NCBI GenBank assembly: GCA_002245135.1
Contig: NGBS01001187.1
Coordinates: 62,001 to 82,042 of the forward strand
Length of the DNA: 20,042 nt
Direction: 5' to 3'
Source of the DNA: Proteromonas lacertae
Lineage: Eukaryota
In this document: positions 11,701 to 20,042 of the stretch, piece after piece
How positions within the stretch are numbered: the first letter of the stretch is position 1
Layout: each line of letters starts with the position of its first letter
Notes under the pieces: model-generated
The model's database searches: none
Told to the model about the DNA's origin: nothing
The model's input: the letters and a program-made list of their open reading frames with translations, nothing else
Made by a program: the position numbers and the translations under genes

Positions 11701-14340
11701 TCAGTGAGAATCACATTTGATAATGATATGACAGGAGTTGTTTATGTGAGTGTCTTAAGAGATGAAATAAAATGTAGTTATGGTTTTGAATCAATGAATT
11801 TATTAGAAATTGAATATAATTTGAAATTGAAATGTAATCTTAAACCAGTTATAAGTAGTATTGAAAATTTACCTAGTGGATTGAGTTATAATGGAGTAGG
11901 AACAATAAATGGAAGAGTAACAGATATAAGAAATGAAATAACAACAACAGTAATACTTCAAAGTGATAAAGAGTTTAATATGACAATAGTATGGAAAAAA
12001 GGAGGTGTATTAACAAGTGGATTAGAATTTGTTATATGGAAAAAACAAAATTTGGATGGTATTAGCTCAGATGAAGTATTTATGGGAAAGACATTGAATG
12101 AAATGTGGTTGAAATTTGAAAATGGTGGTTATGATGTAAAAAATCCAACAGTAATTACAAATGCTGAAATAGTATTTGCAGAAAGTCCATCAACTTGTAA
12201 AACTAATTATTGGATTCCATGCCAATATGCTGTAGCTAGATTAAGAGGTTATTTATATATAGCTGAAGATGGAGATTATGTATTATCTGGAGTATGTGAT
12301 GATAGACTAAAATTTGCTTATGGAAATTTTGAGGTTGAAAGATATACAACAGCTGCTTGGAATATAGAAAAGACATATTCAGTTCATTTAGTTAAAGGAT
12401 ATCATATTGTTGGATATTTATCATGGGCTGGAGGTGGTGGAGGTAATTTTAAAGCATATTATAAAAAGTCAACAGGAAGTAAAACCAATATAAACAAGAT
12501 AATGTATAATGGTGGATTTTTATTAACTCATTTATCCTATGGAGTTAATACAATTACTTATAATGAAGGTGTGAGTAAAACAATAACAGCATCTTATGAA
12601 GGATATCCATCGAAATGGTTAATGAATCCCTCAATAGTTGGTTTAAGGTTCAGATTAGATGGAGCATTAATTGGATTTCCAACAGATTGTGATAATGAAT
12701 TTAAATTAGTAGAAATTAGTTCCAATGGTGCAATTGATATTTCCAAAACGAATATTCAAATAATATGTTATAGTGAAAGTAATAAAGTGAATAAAATCAA
12801 TGGATTATTTGTTAAATATTATGCAGCTAATATAGTGAATATAAATATATTTGAAGAACCAGAATCAGCAGTTGATTCAAAATTGATGTTAAAGAGAATA
12901 GAAAAATCATCAATATTCCATAGTGAAAGTGAAGAATTATGGAATAATTTACCATTAACAATGAATCGTTTATTTATAGCTGATTATAATGGATATATGA
13001 ATATAGAATCTGGTGGAAGCTATAAAATGAGATTAAAATGTTATGATTATTGTCGATTAGAATTAGGATCAGATATAGTGTTTGAAGGATTAGGAAGTGG
13101 TTTTCATGAAATAGACAAAACAGTGGAATTAACGAATCAATTATACAAACTAAGAATGGTTTATACCAAAAGTAGAAATGATAATATAAAAGAATTAGAA
13201 TTATTATATGATAATAATAATAGTGGAATATATTCTTTAATACCAAATGAATGGTTATTTACTGATCAACCATATCCATTTATATATTCGTCAATATATA
13301 ATAAATATTATGTAAATGATGAAATATCAAATACAATAATAGATAAGAATGTTTTATTAGATGAATTCAAATATTCAATAGAACCATCTTTACCAGATGA
13401 TTTATTATTTTCAAATGAAACAGGTGAAATATCTGGAGTAGTAAATGCTGTAGAAAAAGAAAGAATTTATACAATAACAGCAGAAAAAGATGGAATAAAA
13501 TATTTCTCTGAAGTAATATTTGAAGTTAAACCCCAAATTGAGCCAATAATTGAATATGCAAGTGATAGTTTAATTGGAAAAATCAATGAAGAATTTTCAT
13601 TATCTCCAACAAATGTAATTTGTGATAGTATTTCCTTAGTTTCATCAGTTGATTTTATATTTATTGATTCAGATGGTATTATAACAGGTAAAGCAATAGG
13701 ATCATATTCTGGAATAATCCAAGTAGATTGTATAACATATAAAACCACATCTGTTAATGTGAGTGTAAATATAAGTGGTTGTGATGAAGGATATGAGTTT
13801 TTAATAATGGATTATTTAATCAAAAGTCAAGCAGAAAGTGTGATATTAGAAATACTAAATGGAAAAACATCTATTTATTCCTCATCAATAGAAGGATCAT
13901 TAATAGTGAATAAAACTTATACTTTTATGAAATGTATAGCAAAAGAAAGCAACCAATTAAAAATAACTTCGAACTCCTATTTGGGTGGTTGGTATAAATT
14001 ATCATATGAAAATAGAAATATGTTTAAATATTCCTCATTCTTTAAAGATGAAAGAATTGCAATTACAATGATTCATTCAAGTAAAAAACCAATATTAAGT
14101 TATGAATCAACCTTATTTGAATTGAATAATGAAATCTATTATGAGTTTTATCCATCAATTGAAAATGGAGGAAAGTTATTTGTGATAAAAAATAAAGAAA
14201 ATTTACCAATAGGAATGAACTTTGATAAAAATAGTGGTTTAATATCAGGAATTCCAAGAGAGAGAAGTGAATCAAAATCAATAATAATAACAGTGAAGAA
14301 TATGCCAAATGGAGAAGTAAGTGATGAATTGATGTTATAA
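8750..14340 (+). CDS. Large secreted modular surface protein (two beta-sandwich + discoidin/F5-8C-like + Cys-rich modules, two PA14-like domains, putative Ig/He_PIG-like repeats); one frameshift near 10245, possibly 3'-truncated
   Basis: ATG 8750 plus a 31-nt intron (8784-8814) gives signal peptide MQKLVIVIVFICLSTS in frame with ORF 8931. Removing one base near 10244-10249 joins it to ORF 10276 (TTGSNECGHYIQMKLFIL, matching AHYIQYRLFIL in the second module). Motifs: YYR..F...Y.DGLI..VNG.EIF, PK.IKI.G...W..LY...ESYRL, PA14-like ARLRGYLYIAEDGDY...DD and DYNGYMNIESGGSYKMRL, Ig-like SLPDDLLFSNETGEISG and NLPIGMNFDKNSGLISGIP. Confidence 0.82.
9372..11544 (+). repeat. Tandem duplication of a ~360-aa module (copies ~9372-10443 and ~10462-11544)
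   Basis: Both copies start SEW.Y, contain IGIEIHKS, SKAGN/SAKGN, SGCSNNF, ESYRL and SGYKE.KC..NG.WE, and end INHEC. Confidence 0.85.
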
Positions 14341-14358
14341 TAATAGTAAATAAAGGTT

Positions 14359-14443
14359 CTGGCACACCGAGCCGTATGACTCGGGCTCCTGGCACACCAA
14401 ACCAAACTTTTTAAAAATACGTGACCTATGTCATATTAGGTCA
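14359..14443. repeat. Structured GC-rich putative element end: direct and inverted repeats
   Basis: CTGGCACACC at 14359-14368 and 14389-14398; overlapping inverted pairs CCGAG/CTCGG (14367-14384) and GAGCC/GGCTC (14369-14388); TGACCTA-8 nt-TAGGTCA at 14422-14443. Confidence 0.7.
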
Positions 14444-14587
14444 TAATTTATTTTTGCATTTTCTAAAAAATTCTAATATAATTTTCTTAGAATTTTCTTT
14501 ATTTTATTCTTTTTGATTTTCTTGTTTCATTTGATTAAATGTAATTAGTTAGAATTGTTTTAATTGTTTTCTTAATTATATTTTTCG

Positions 14588-14648
14588 AAAAAAAAAGGGA
14601 GGAGACTCCCATCTTCATTGGGGATTGAAGATAGGAGTCTCCTCCCTT
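14588..14648 (-). terminator. 23-bp GC-rich hairpin with 8-nt loop, followed by a U-run on the minus strand; putative 3'-end, origin or recombination signal
   Basis: Arms 14595-14617 and 14626-14648 are complementary at 22/23 positions, and the single mismatch is a G-U pair on the minus strand. It lies 100 nt downstream of the stop of ORF 14748..15674. The structure is certain; the function is inferred. Confidence 0.55.
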
Positions 14649-14747
14649 AAAAAGAAGAACATTATGATCAAACTTATAAAATAAATAAAAAAATAAACAT
14701 CAATTCAATAAGATAACAATAATAATAATAATATTAATAATAATAAA

Positions 14748-15674
14748 TTAATCATCTTCGTCGTCACTAATTATAATTAGCTCATGATAAACCTTTTCTT
14801 CTTTCTTCATTCTCTCTTCTTCTTCTAATTTTCGTTTTTTACTCACTTGTAAATCTCTTGTGAAGAAATGGATTCTCTTTTTCTTTTGATTAATATTATC
14901 AATTGGAAATTTAATATTATATACAATATTATCAGGATAAATACTTGCTACTACTGAATCCATATCACCAAAACCTATAAAAAATAAAGAATTATCTAAT
15001 TCAACGCCATTATAATTTTTTCTTATATCACCTCCAAAATATCCTGTATAACCTGTTAAATATCCATCTATACTATCTCCAACTAAATCGAATTCGTTTT
15101 TAATTGGATTTAATTTTATGTTCATATTTCCAAATGAACGAATGAATTTGTCTTTTTGATATATAGTTCTAGTATTAAAGGATTCCATAATTTTATTACT
15201 ATAATCTATAATTAATCTTGCATCTCTAATAGATTCTGATTTTGCTGATTTTCTTATAGGATTAAATGCAATTCTATTTAAATCATTTGTATTATAATAG
15301 AGATAATTGTTTCTATATATTACATTTGTAATGTTGTATAAATATTCCAGCATTCTAAACAATCTATTAAATACAATTTTCTCCATTTTAAATGAACAAA
15401 CATAGTTGACAAAATAGTTCAATACTGAAAACATGTATATATTATTACAAGAATTTGAATCATTAATCATATTAATTAATAATTTGGATAAAAATTTGAT
15501 ATACACTTTAATATAAGTTGCATCATATAGGAAACTTGATAAATCTACACCAATATAATTTATTATGTATATTAAATCTAATTTAAGTAAATTGAATGAT
15601 AAATATATTAAATCCTGATATGTATGAGTATCTGAACATGTTCTAATGCAAGCACTTCTTCTTGTTCTTGCCAT
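14748..15674 (-). CDS. Viral hypothetical protein (308 aa) with NLS-like KKRK and C-terminal SIM-like motif
   Basis: Intact ORF. Starts MARTRRSAC, contains QKKKR and SKKRKLEE, and ends ELIIISDDEDD. Confidence 0.8.
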   Translation of the reverse strand: MARTRRSACIRTCSDTHTYQDLIYLSFNLLKLDLIYIINYIGVDLSSFLYDATYIKVYIKFLSKLLINMINDSNSCNNIYMFSVLNYFVNYVCSFKMEKIVFNRLFRMLEYLYNITNVIYRNNYLYYNTNDLNRIAFNPIRKSAKSESIRDARLIIDYSNKIMESFNTRTIYQKDKFIRSFGNMNIKLNPIKNEFDLVGDSIDGYLTGYTGYFGGDIRKNYNGVELDNSLFFIGFGDMDSVVASIYPDNIVYNIKFPIDNINQKKKRIHFFTRDLQVSKKRKLEEEERMKKEEKVYHELIIISDDEDD

Positions 15675-15826
15675 TTCTTGCTATATAATATTAAAAAATC
15701 AAATAAAATAATAAAATATAACGTAAAAATGGTGATATAATTTTTGTTATTTTTTAATAACCCAAATTTTTAAAAACTTTAAATAACAATATATAAACAA
15801 TTTAACAACAAATTAATAACATATAT

Positions 15827-16102
15827 TTAAATAGTTTGTTTATATCTACCTATCTTTGAGTTTATATTTGATTTGCTTTTCAAAATGTCATTAATTTCAA
15901 TCTGACTTTTTAAATTGTTGATAGTTTCTTCATGAGCAAGACCTCTCTCTATAATGTCATTCATATTGACTCTCATATCTGACAGCTCTTGTGAATTAGG
16001 TAAGCAATTGTGAGATTTCATATATTTCCACAATGCCATAGCTATAATATAGAGAATAAAGACTAAGACGCTTAGAAATATGTTAAAATAATCGTTTTCC
16101 AT
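15827..16102 (-). CDS. Viral small membrane protein (N-terminal TM helix plus predicted coiled coil)
   Basis: 91-aa ATG ORF with FNIFLSVLVFILYIIAMALW followed by a charged helical segment; co-oriented with its neighbours. Confidence 0.6.
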   Translation of the reverse strand: MENDYFNIFLSVLVFILYIIAMALWKYMKSHNCLPNSQELSDMRVNMNDIIERGLAHEETINNLKSQIEINDILKSKSNINSKIGRYKQTI

Positions 16103-16186
16103 TCAAAACAGAGTTTTTTAAAAGTAATTGAACAATTTAATTTAAAAAATTGAACAAAAAACAAAAATAAAACTATAAAAGACATA

Positions 16187-16824
16187 TTAATACATATAAC
16201 CATTATTCAAACTATCATTAAATAGATTGTTGTAACTCATATAACATTCATCACGTGCGATATCATTAATGCTATCAAGAGATAGATTGCTATTACTATT
16301 ACTTTCTCTATTATTTAGAGAATAAAGTGTATTATAATTACTATTTATTACTTTTGATGTATTTTTAATAAGTGTCTCAGATGGGATTATCTTCTTGACT
16401 TGTTCATTTAGATTAATTATCTTCTTTAATTGTTGTTGAATATTTTGTTGGTTTTCTATAATCCTTTTTTGACCCATAGTCCTCTTCTCTTTGTTATTAA
16501 AACTTCTTATGAATGATGATGATGAGAATGGAGGTAAATTGTTCTCATCTATTGCGAATTCTTTACTTAAGTCTCTAAACCATAAGCCTTTTTAAGCCTT
16601 TCTTCTACATCGCATTGATACTCTGGATCAATGTACTGTAGTATATATCTAATTTCGTTGTATGTTAGTTCAGACTTCATACCAGAGATGTAATTATAAA
16701 GTTTAGTTCTAGTGGGAGATCTAATTTTACCATCATTTCTGAAACATCGCATTATTATATGCTTATCTAAGTTATTCAAACATAGATTAACCTTTTTAGA
16801 TTGCTTAGAATTTTCTACGCTCAT
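16187..16824 (-). CDS. Viral hypothetical protein, probably one ~212-aa gene broken by a 1-nt frameshift near 16572
   Basis: ORF from ATG 16824 (MSVENSK...AYGLET*). The frame of ORF 16187..16477 stays open upstream of its ATG (DLSKEFAIDENNLPPFSSSSFIRSFNNKEKRT) back to the end of that ORF. Confidence 0.55.
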
Positions 16825-16933
16825 TGTATAAACAGAAATTAAAAATATTAAATTGTGCAAAAATGCTTATAATATTAATAATGCTTATTATGCTTATTTC
16901 TTCAATTTCGGTTACACATTTATATAAAAACAA
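16825..16933. promoter_or_regulatory. Putative bidirectional promoter between the divergent viral gene blocks
   Basis: 109-bp gap between ATG 16824 (-) and ATG 16934 (+). ATGCTTAT occurs at 16863, 16881 and 16890, and TATATAAAA lies just before the penton ATG. Confidence 0.45.
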
Positions 16934-17923
16934 ATGATTCCTTATGAACATCGTACTTATTACCTTAAATCTGATATGGTATCTTCTGCTAATCAGTTTT
17001 CTACTAAGTATAAAAAAGTTTTGCATTTACCTGCATTCGATGAAGATTATTCTGACATTTCATTGAAAGACTGTGTTATTCCTAATAGTTTTCCTACTAT
17101 ACAAGAGGATACTAATGACACTTTCAGTATATTCATAGATTTACAAGTTAATCCAAGTTATGGATCTTATAAATTTGATAGAGATGAATTATATAAAGGA
17201 GTTAAAATACCAGAAGGTTTTTATACTCAAGATCAAATACTTAAGATTATTAACAATGTATTCAAAGATATTACATTAAAAGATTTTATGCCTTATAATG
17301 AAGAAGTATTATCAGAGGATGATAAGAATATGCAAATGTTTATAGGTGATGTATTTGAAATAGATGATAAAGATGATTTTCAAACTAATCACTTACAAAT
17401 AGTTGGTAAAACAACAGTCTTATATGATCCTGTTAAAAGTAGTGGTAAATATAGTTATCCAATATGTTGGATTAAAACTATTAAAATAGTTACTAAAGAT
17501 TTAGCATATAAATATTTTGGTATATCAAAGAAAGGTTATTTTGATTGTTATAATCCAGAAGGTAATATTAAATTTGAACCAAGTATGATTAAAGATAATA
17601 AAGAAAGATATATTGAAAGACAATTACCATTAGTTCAATTACCTTTCAGACCTACTTTAATATGGGTTACTTCCATTACTATTAGAATGGATATAGTAAA
17701 TATAGATCAAGATAGTCATGTTTTAGATAGTATTCCTATAACAAATCCTGAATCAAGTTTTATCACTTATCAGAATTATGATATTTTTAATACTAGTAAA
17801 AAGTTTAATAATACTTATAGTAATGGTCAGATCATTTTGCAGATTACACAGCAAAATGGTTATGAGTTGAATTTAGATAATATAGAGTTTTGTATGAGTA
17901 TTGTTGTTTTTAAAAGAACTTAA
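16934..17923 (+). CDS. Minor capsid protein (penton, single jelly-roll) of a Polinton-like virus
   Basis: Intact 329-aa ORF with the penton pattern: YYLKS..NQF, ISLKDCVIPNSFPTI..NDTF, KIPEGFYTQDQILKIIN, VLDSIPI...FITYQN and IILQITQQNGYELNLDNIEFCMSIVVF. Sits directly upstream of the MCP and ATPase. Confidence 0.82.
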   Translation: MIPYEHRTYYLKSDMVSSANQFSTKYKKVLHLPAFDEDYSDISLKDCVIPNSFPTIQEDTNDTFSIFIDLQVNPSYGSYKFDRDELYKGVKIPEGFYTQDQILKIINNVFKDITLKDFMPYNEEVLSEDDKNMQMFIGDVFEIDDKDDFQTNHLQIVGKTTVLYDPVKSSGKYSYPICWIKTIKIVTKDLAYKYFGISKKGYFDCYNPEGNIKFEPSMIKDNKERYIERQLPLVQLPFRPTLIWVTSITIRMDIVNIDQDSHVLDSIPITNPESSFITYQNYDIFNTSKKFNNTYSNGQIILQITQQNGYELNLDNIEFCMSIVVFKRT

Positions 17924-17959
17924 TTAATTTCTTTTTAATCTATTATTTCTTTGCTTAAT

Positions 17960-19391
17960 ATGTCTTTATCTATTCCTAAAGAACAAAAACATGGTGTAGA
18001 GACACCTGTTATGCTTCCTTTTTATCAATATGTAAAATTAAGTCCAGTTGGCTCAGCAAGTGATTGGACTATAAATGGGGATACATATACTCAAGAAATA
18101 AAGTTTGAATTAAGCGGAGATAACATAATTAACTTGTCTAAGTCTTACATTCAGTATGATCTTGTTATTAGAACTACGCCAATTAAAAGTAGTGTGCAAG
18201 CATGGACTGGTAATGCAACTAGTGATAAAGATAGTTATCCTAATTACATAAAAGGATTAAAAAGAAGGTTTTGGTATTGCTTCATTTAGAATATGCAATC
18301 AGACAGGTACAGATTTAGTTAGAGTTGATGATAGTTATGAACCATATCGTATATTTATGGATGAAATTGTTCGTAAGAGACCAGATCAGTATTATCAAAG
18401 CAAATTATTATGATGGTATTAAATTGAAATGGAATGATAAAATTAAAGATAAAGTTATAAAGATGAAGCTGAGTTTGTAATACCATATAATAAAAATATC
18501 AAAATAAAAGATGCTGCCGATAGTCATTATACCATTTGATAATGAGCCAGAATTTAGATTACATGTTAAAATACCTTTAGGAAGATTTTATAATACATTT
18601 GCAGCAATGAAAAGTGATGTATTCTTTGCAGAACGTATGTATATATGTGTTAAATTCCAAACTATTGATAAATTTGGTCCATTTAAATCTTGGGCTGATA
18701 AAGCTACTAGTAAAAAAGGTGAAACTAAAGCTGATTCTTCATTTCATTTTACAACACCAGAAGTTGTTGAGAATAACATAAAAATAGAAAATATGAGATT
18801 TTATGCATATTATAATAAGGATAGTCCAATGCAATAACAATACTAAAAACTATTGTTTATCTAAACCAATACAATTCAATGATTTTAGATGTCATCAAGT
18901 TTCTTATAGTTCTCCTAATGGAATATTCAATTATAGTTTTACATTGAATAGTTCTAATGGACCATTTTTAAGATTTATTATTTATAGACCATGGGATGAA
19001 GACGATAATAAATGGTTACGTATACCAGAAAATGCACAATTTAGATGGATGATAAAACGACTTTGTTCATCAACCAGATTATGCTTTAATGCAATATTAT
19101 GATAGTTATATGATGGTACAAGATTATTTTAAAGACTCATGGTATGATGTTTTCAGACAAGATAAAAGCTTCAATGAGAAATTTTTCGAAATTTTAAACT
19201 TTGGTTCAAGAGATTTAGATAATATTAAGAATCAAGCAGGTAGACCTTTAGCTGCTGATTTAAAAATTACTTTGAAATTAGTTGTCCTGGAGATCCAGCA
19301 TTTACAACACATAGAATATGTCATAAATTTTATATTATTACAGGTAGATTATGTTACTATTAATGGAAGTGGTATTGTTAGTGTTGTTTAA
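17960..19391 (+). pseudogene. Major capsid protein (double jelly-roll), ~475 aa when reconstructed; about 6-8 single-base frameshifts (decay or assembly error)
   Basis: N-terminus YVKLSPVG...QEIKFELSGDNIINLSKSYIQYDLVI is typical of PLV MCPs. Frame-hopping gives GIASFRICNQTGTDLVRVDD, FRLHVKIPLGRFYNTFAAMKSDVFFAERMYICVKF, IKIENMRFYAY, FNYSFTLNSSNGPFLRFII and a C-terminal VTINGSGIVSVV*. Length and position between penton and ATPase fit. Confidence 0.78.
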
Positions 19392-19479
19392 ATAACTATT
19401 CTCTTTATTCTTCTTATATTACTTATATCGACTATTTCTATTATTCTTTTTGTCTTTTAATATTTCTTATATTAAATAA

Positions 19480-20042
19480 ATGCAACTTGAAAAAATAAAC
19501 GATATTACAATAAACCCTGTAGAGTCTGTTGAAAAATAAAAAGAAAAGGGTAAAAAATCTGTTGTTGGTTATGATTACTTTTCAGAACCTTTCTGCAATT
19601 TTTTGTATTAGCTAAGAAAAATTCTGGTAAACAACTTTAATTTTTAATATGATTCAACACCTGTTATTATCCAAAAGTGATCAAGTTGTTTATTTCTTTG
19701 TTGGCACAATAACAAAAGATATAATTTATGAAAAAATAACAGATATGTTGAAATATAATGAAATAGAGTATCATTGTTATGATAGTTATAGTAGATGATG
19801 AAAGAATAAACGTTTTAGATGCTGTATTAGAAATATAAAAAAGTAGATAAAAGAATTTTGACTATCCTGAAAATATATTTATTTTTGATGATATATCTTA
19901 TGACTTATGCAATAGATCTATTTCAAAGTTATTAAAGTCTAATAGACATTATAAAAGTAAAGTAATTATTTCAAGTCAATATATAACTGATATAACACCT
20001 AGTTCTAGGTTACAACTTGACTATTGCTTAGTTTTTAAGAAT
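19480..20042 (+). pseudogene. A32-like (FtsK/HerA superfamily) DNA-packaging ATPase, frameshifted, runs off the right edge
   Basis: Not in the ORF track. ATG 19480; Walker A FVLAKKNSGK(T)TLI at ~19602-19642; VYFFVGTI; Walker B IFIFDD at 19875-19892; LLKSNRHYK (RH at 19944-19949); VIISSQY; SRLQLDY. Confidence 0.9.

Larger units (their letters stand above)
14345..20042. mobile_element. Endogenous Polinton-like virus / mid-size eukaryotic dsDNA virus (Preplasmiviricota-type), left portion; boundary approximate
   Basis: Adjacent, apparently intron-less minor capsid, major capsid and A32-like ATPase genes in one orientation; compact unknown ORFs on the other strand; structured GC-rich left end abutting a host gene. 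No polymerase, integrase or right end is visible in the window. Confidence 0.88.

Noticed and set aside
14359..14398. CRISPR-like repeat-spacer-repeat
   Set aside because: Only two 10-bp repeats, eukaryotic context, no cas genes.
10812..14405. Minus-strand ORFs within the surface-protein gene, including 14063..14395 and 14148..14405 crossing the junction
   Set aside because: Antisense to a long coding frame, mostly non-ATG starts, no motifs.
14422..14443. Nuclear-receptor response element (AGGTCA half-sites)
   Set aside because: Nuclear receptors are animal-specific and the host genes look protist; kept only as a palindrome.
16805..17026. 73-aa minus-strand ORF over the divergent promoter
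   Set aside because: Antisense to the penton start, no recognisable features; likely chance.
17960..19391. Introns or programmed frameshifting as the explanation for MCP fragmentation
   Set aside because: Coding sense continues directly across each break with 1-nt shifts; no 30-36-nt GTAT...TAG segments at the breaks; too many shifts for recoding.

Overview
AT-rich eukaryotic DNA with very short (30-36 nt) GT-AG introns. Intron size and the surface-protein architecture suggest a Blastocystis/Proteromonas-like stramenopile (inference). Positions 1-14340 hold host genes: a spliced DxD glycosyltransferase running off the left edge, RPL21, a long acidic low-complexity protein, a spliced SprT/Spartan-family metalloprotease, and a ~1,850-aa secreted modular protein (duplicated beta-sandwich/discoidin-like/Cys module, two PA14-like domains, Ig-like repeats) split by one frameshift. 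Immediately after that gene, from ~14345 to the right edge, lies an apparently intron-less endogenous Polinton-like dsDNA virus (PLV/MELD-type). It has a structured GC-rich left end, a 23-bp hairpin, three minus-strand genes of unknown function, and a divergent plus-strand virion module: intact minor capsid (penton), frameshifted major capsid protein and frameshifted A32/FtsK-like packaging ATPase. One viral gene has an H3-tail-like N-terminus, an NLS and a SUMO-interacting-motif-like C-terminus. All family calls come from manual translation and motif recognition; no searches were run.
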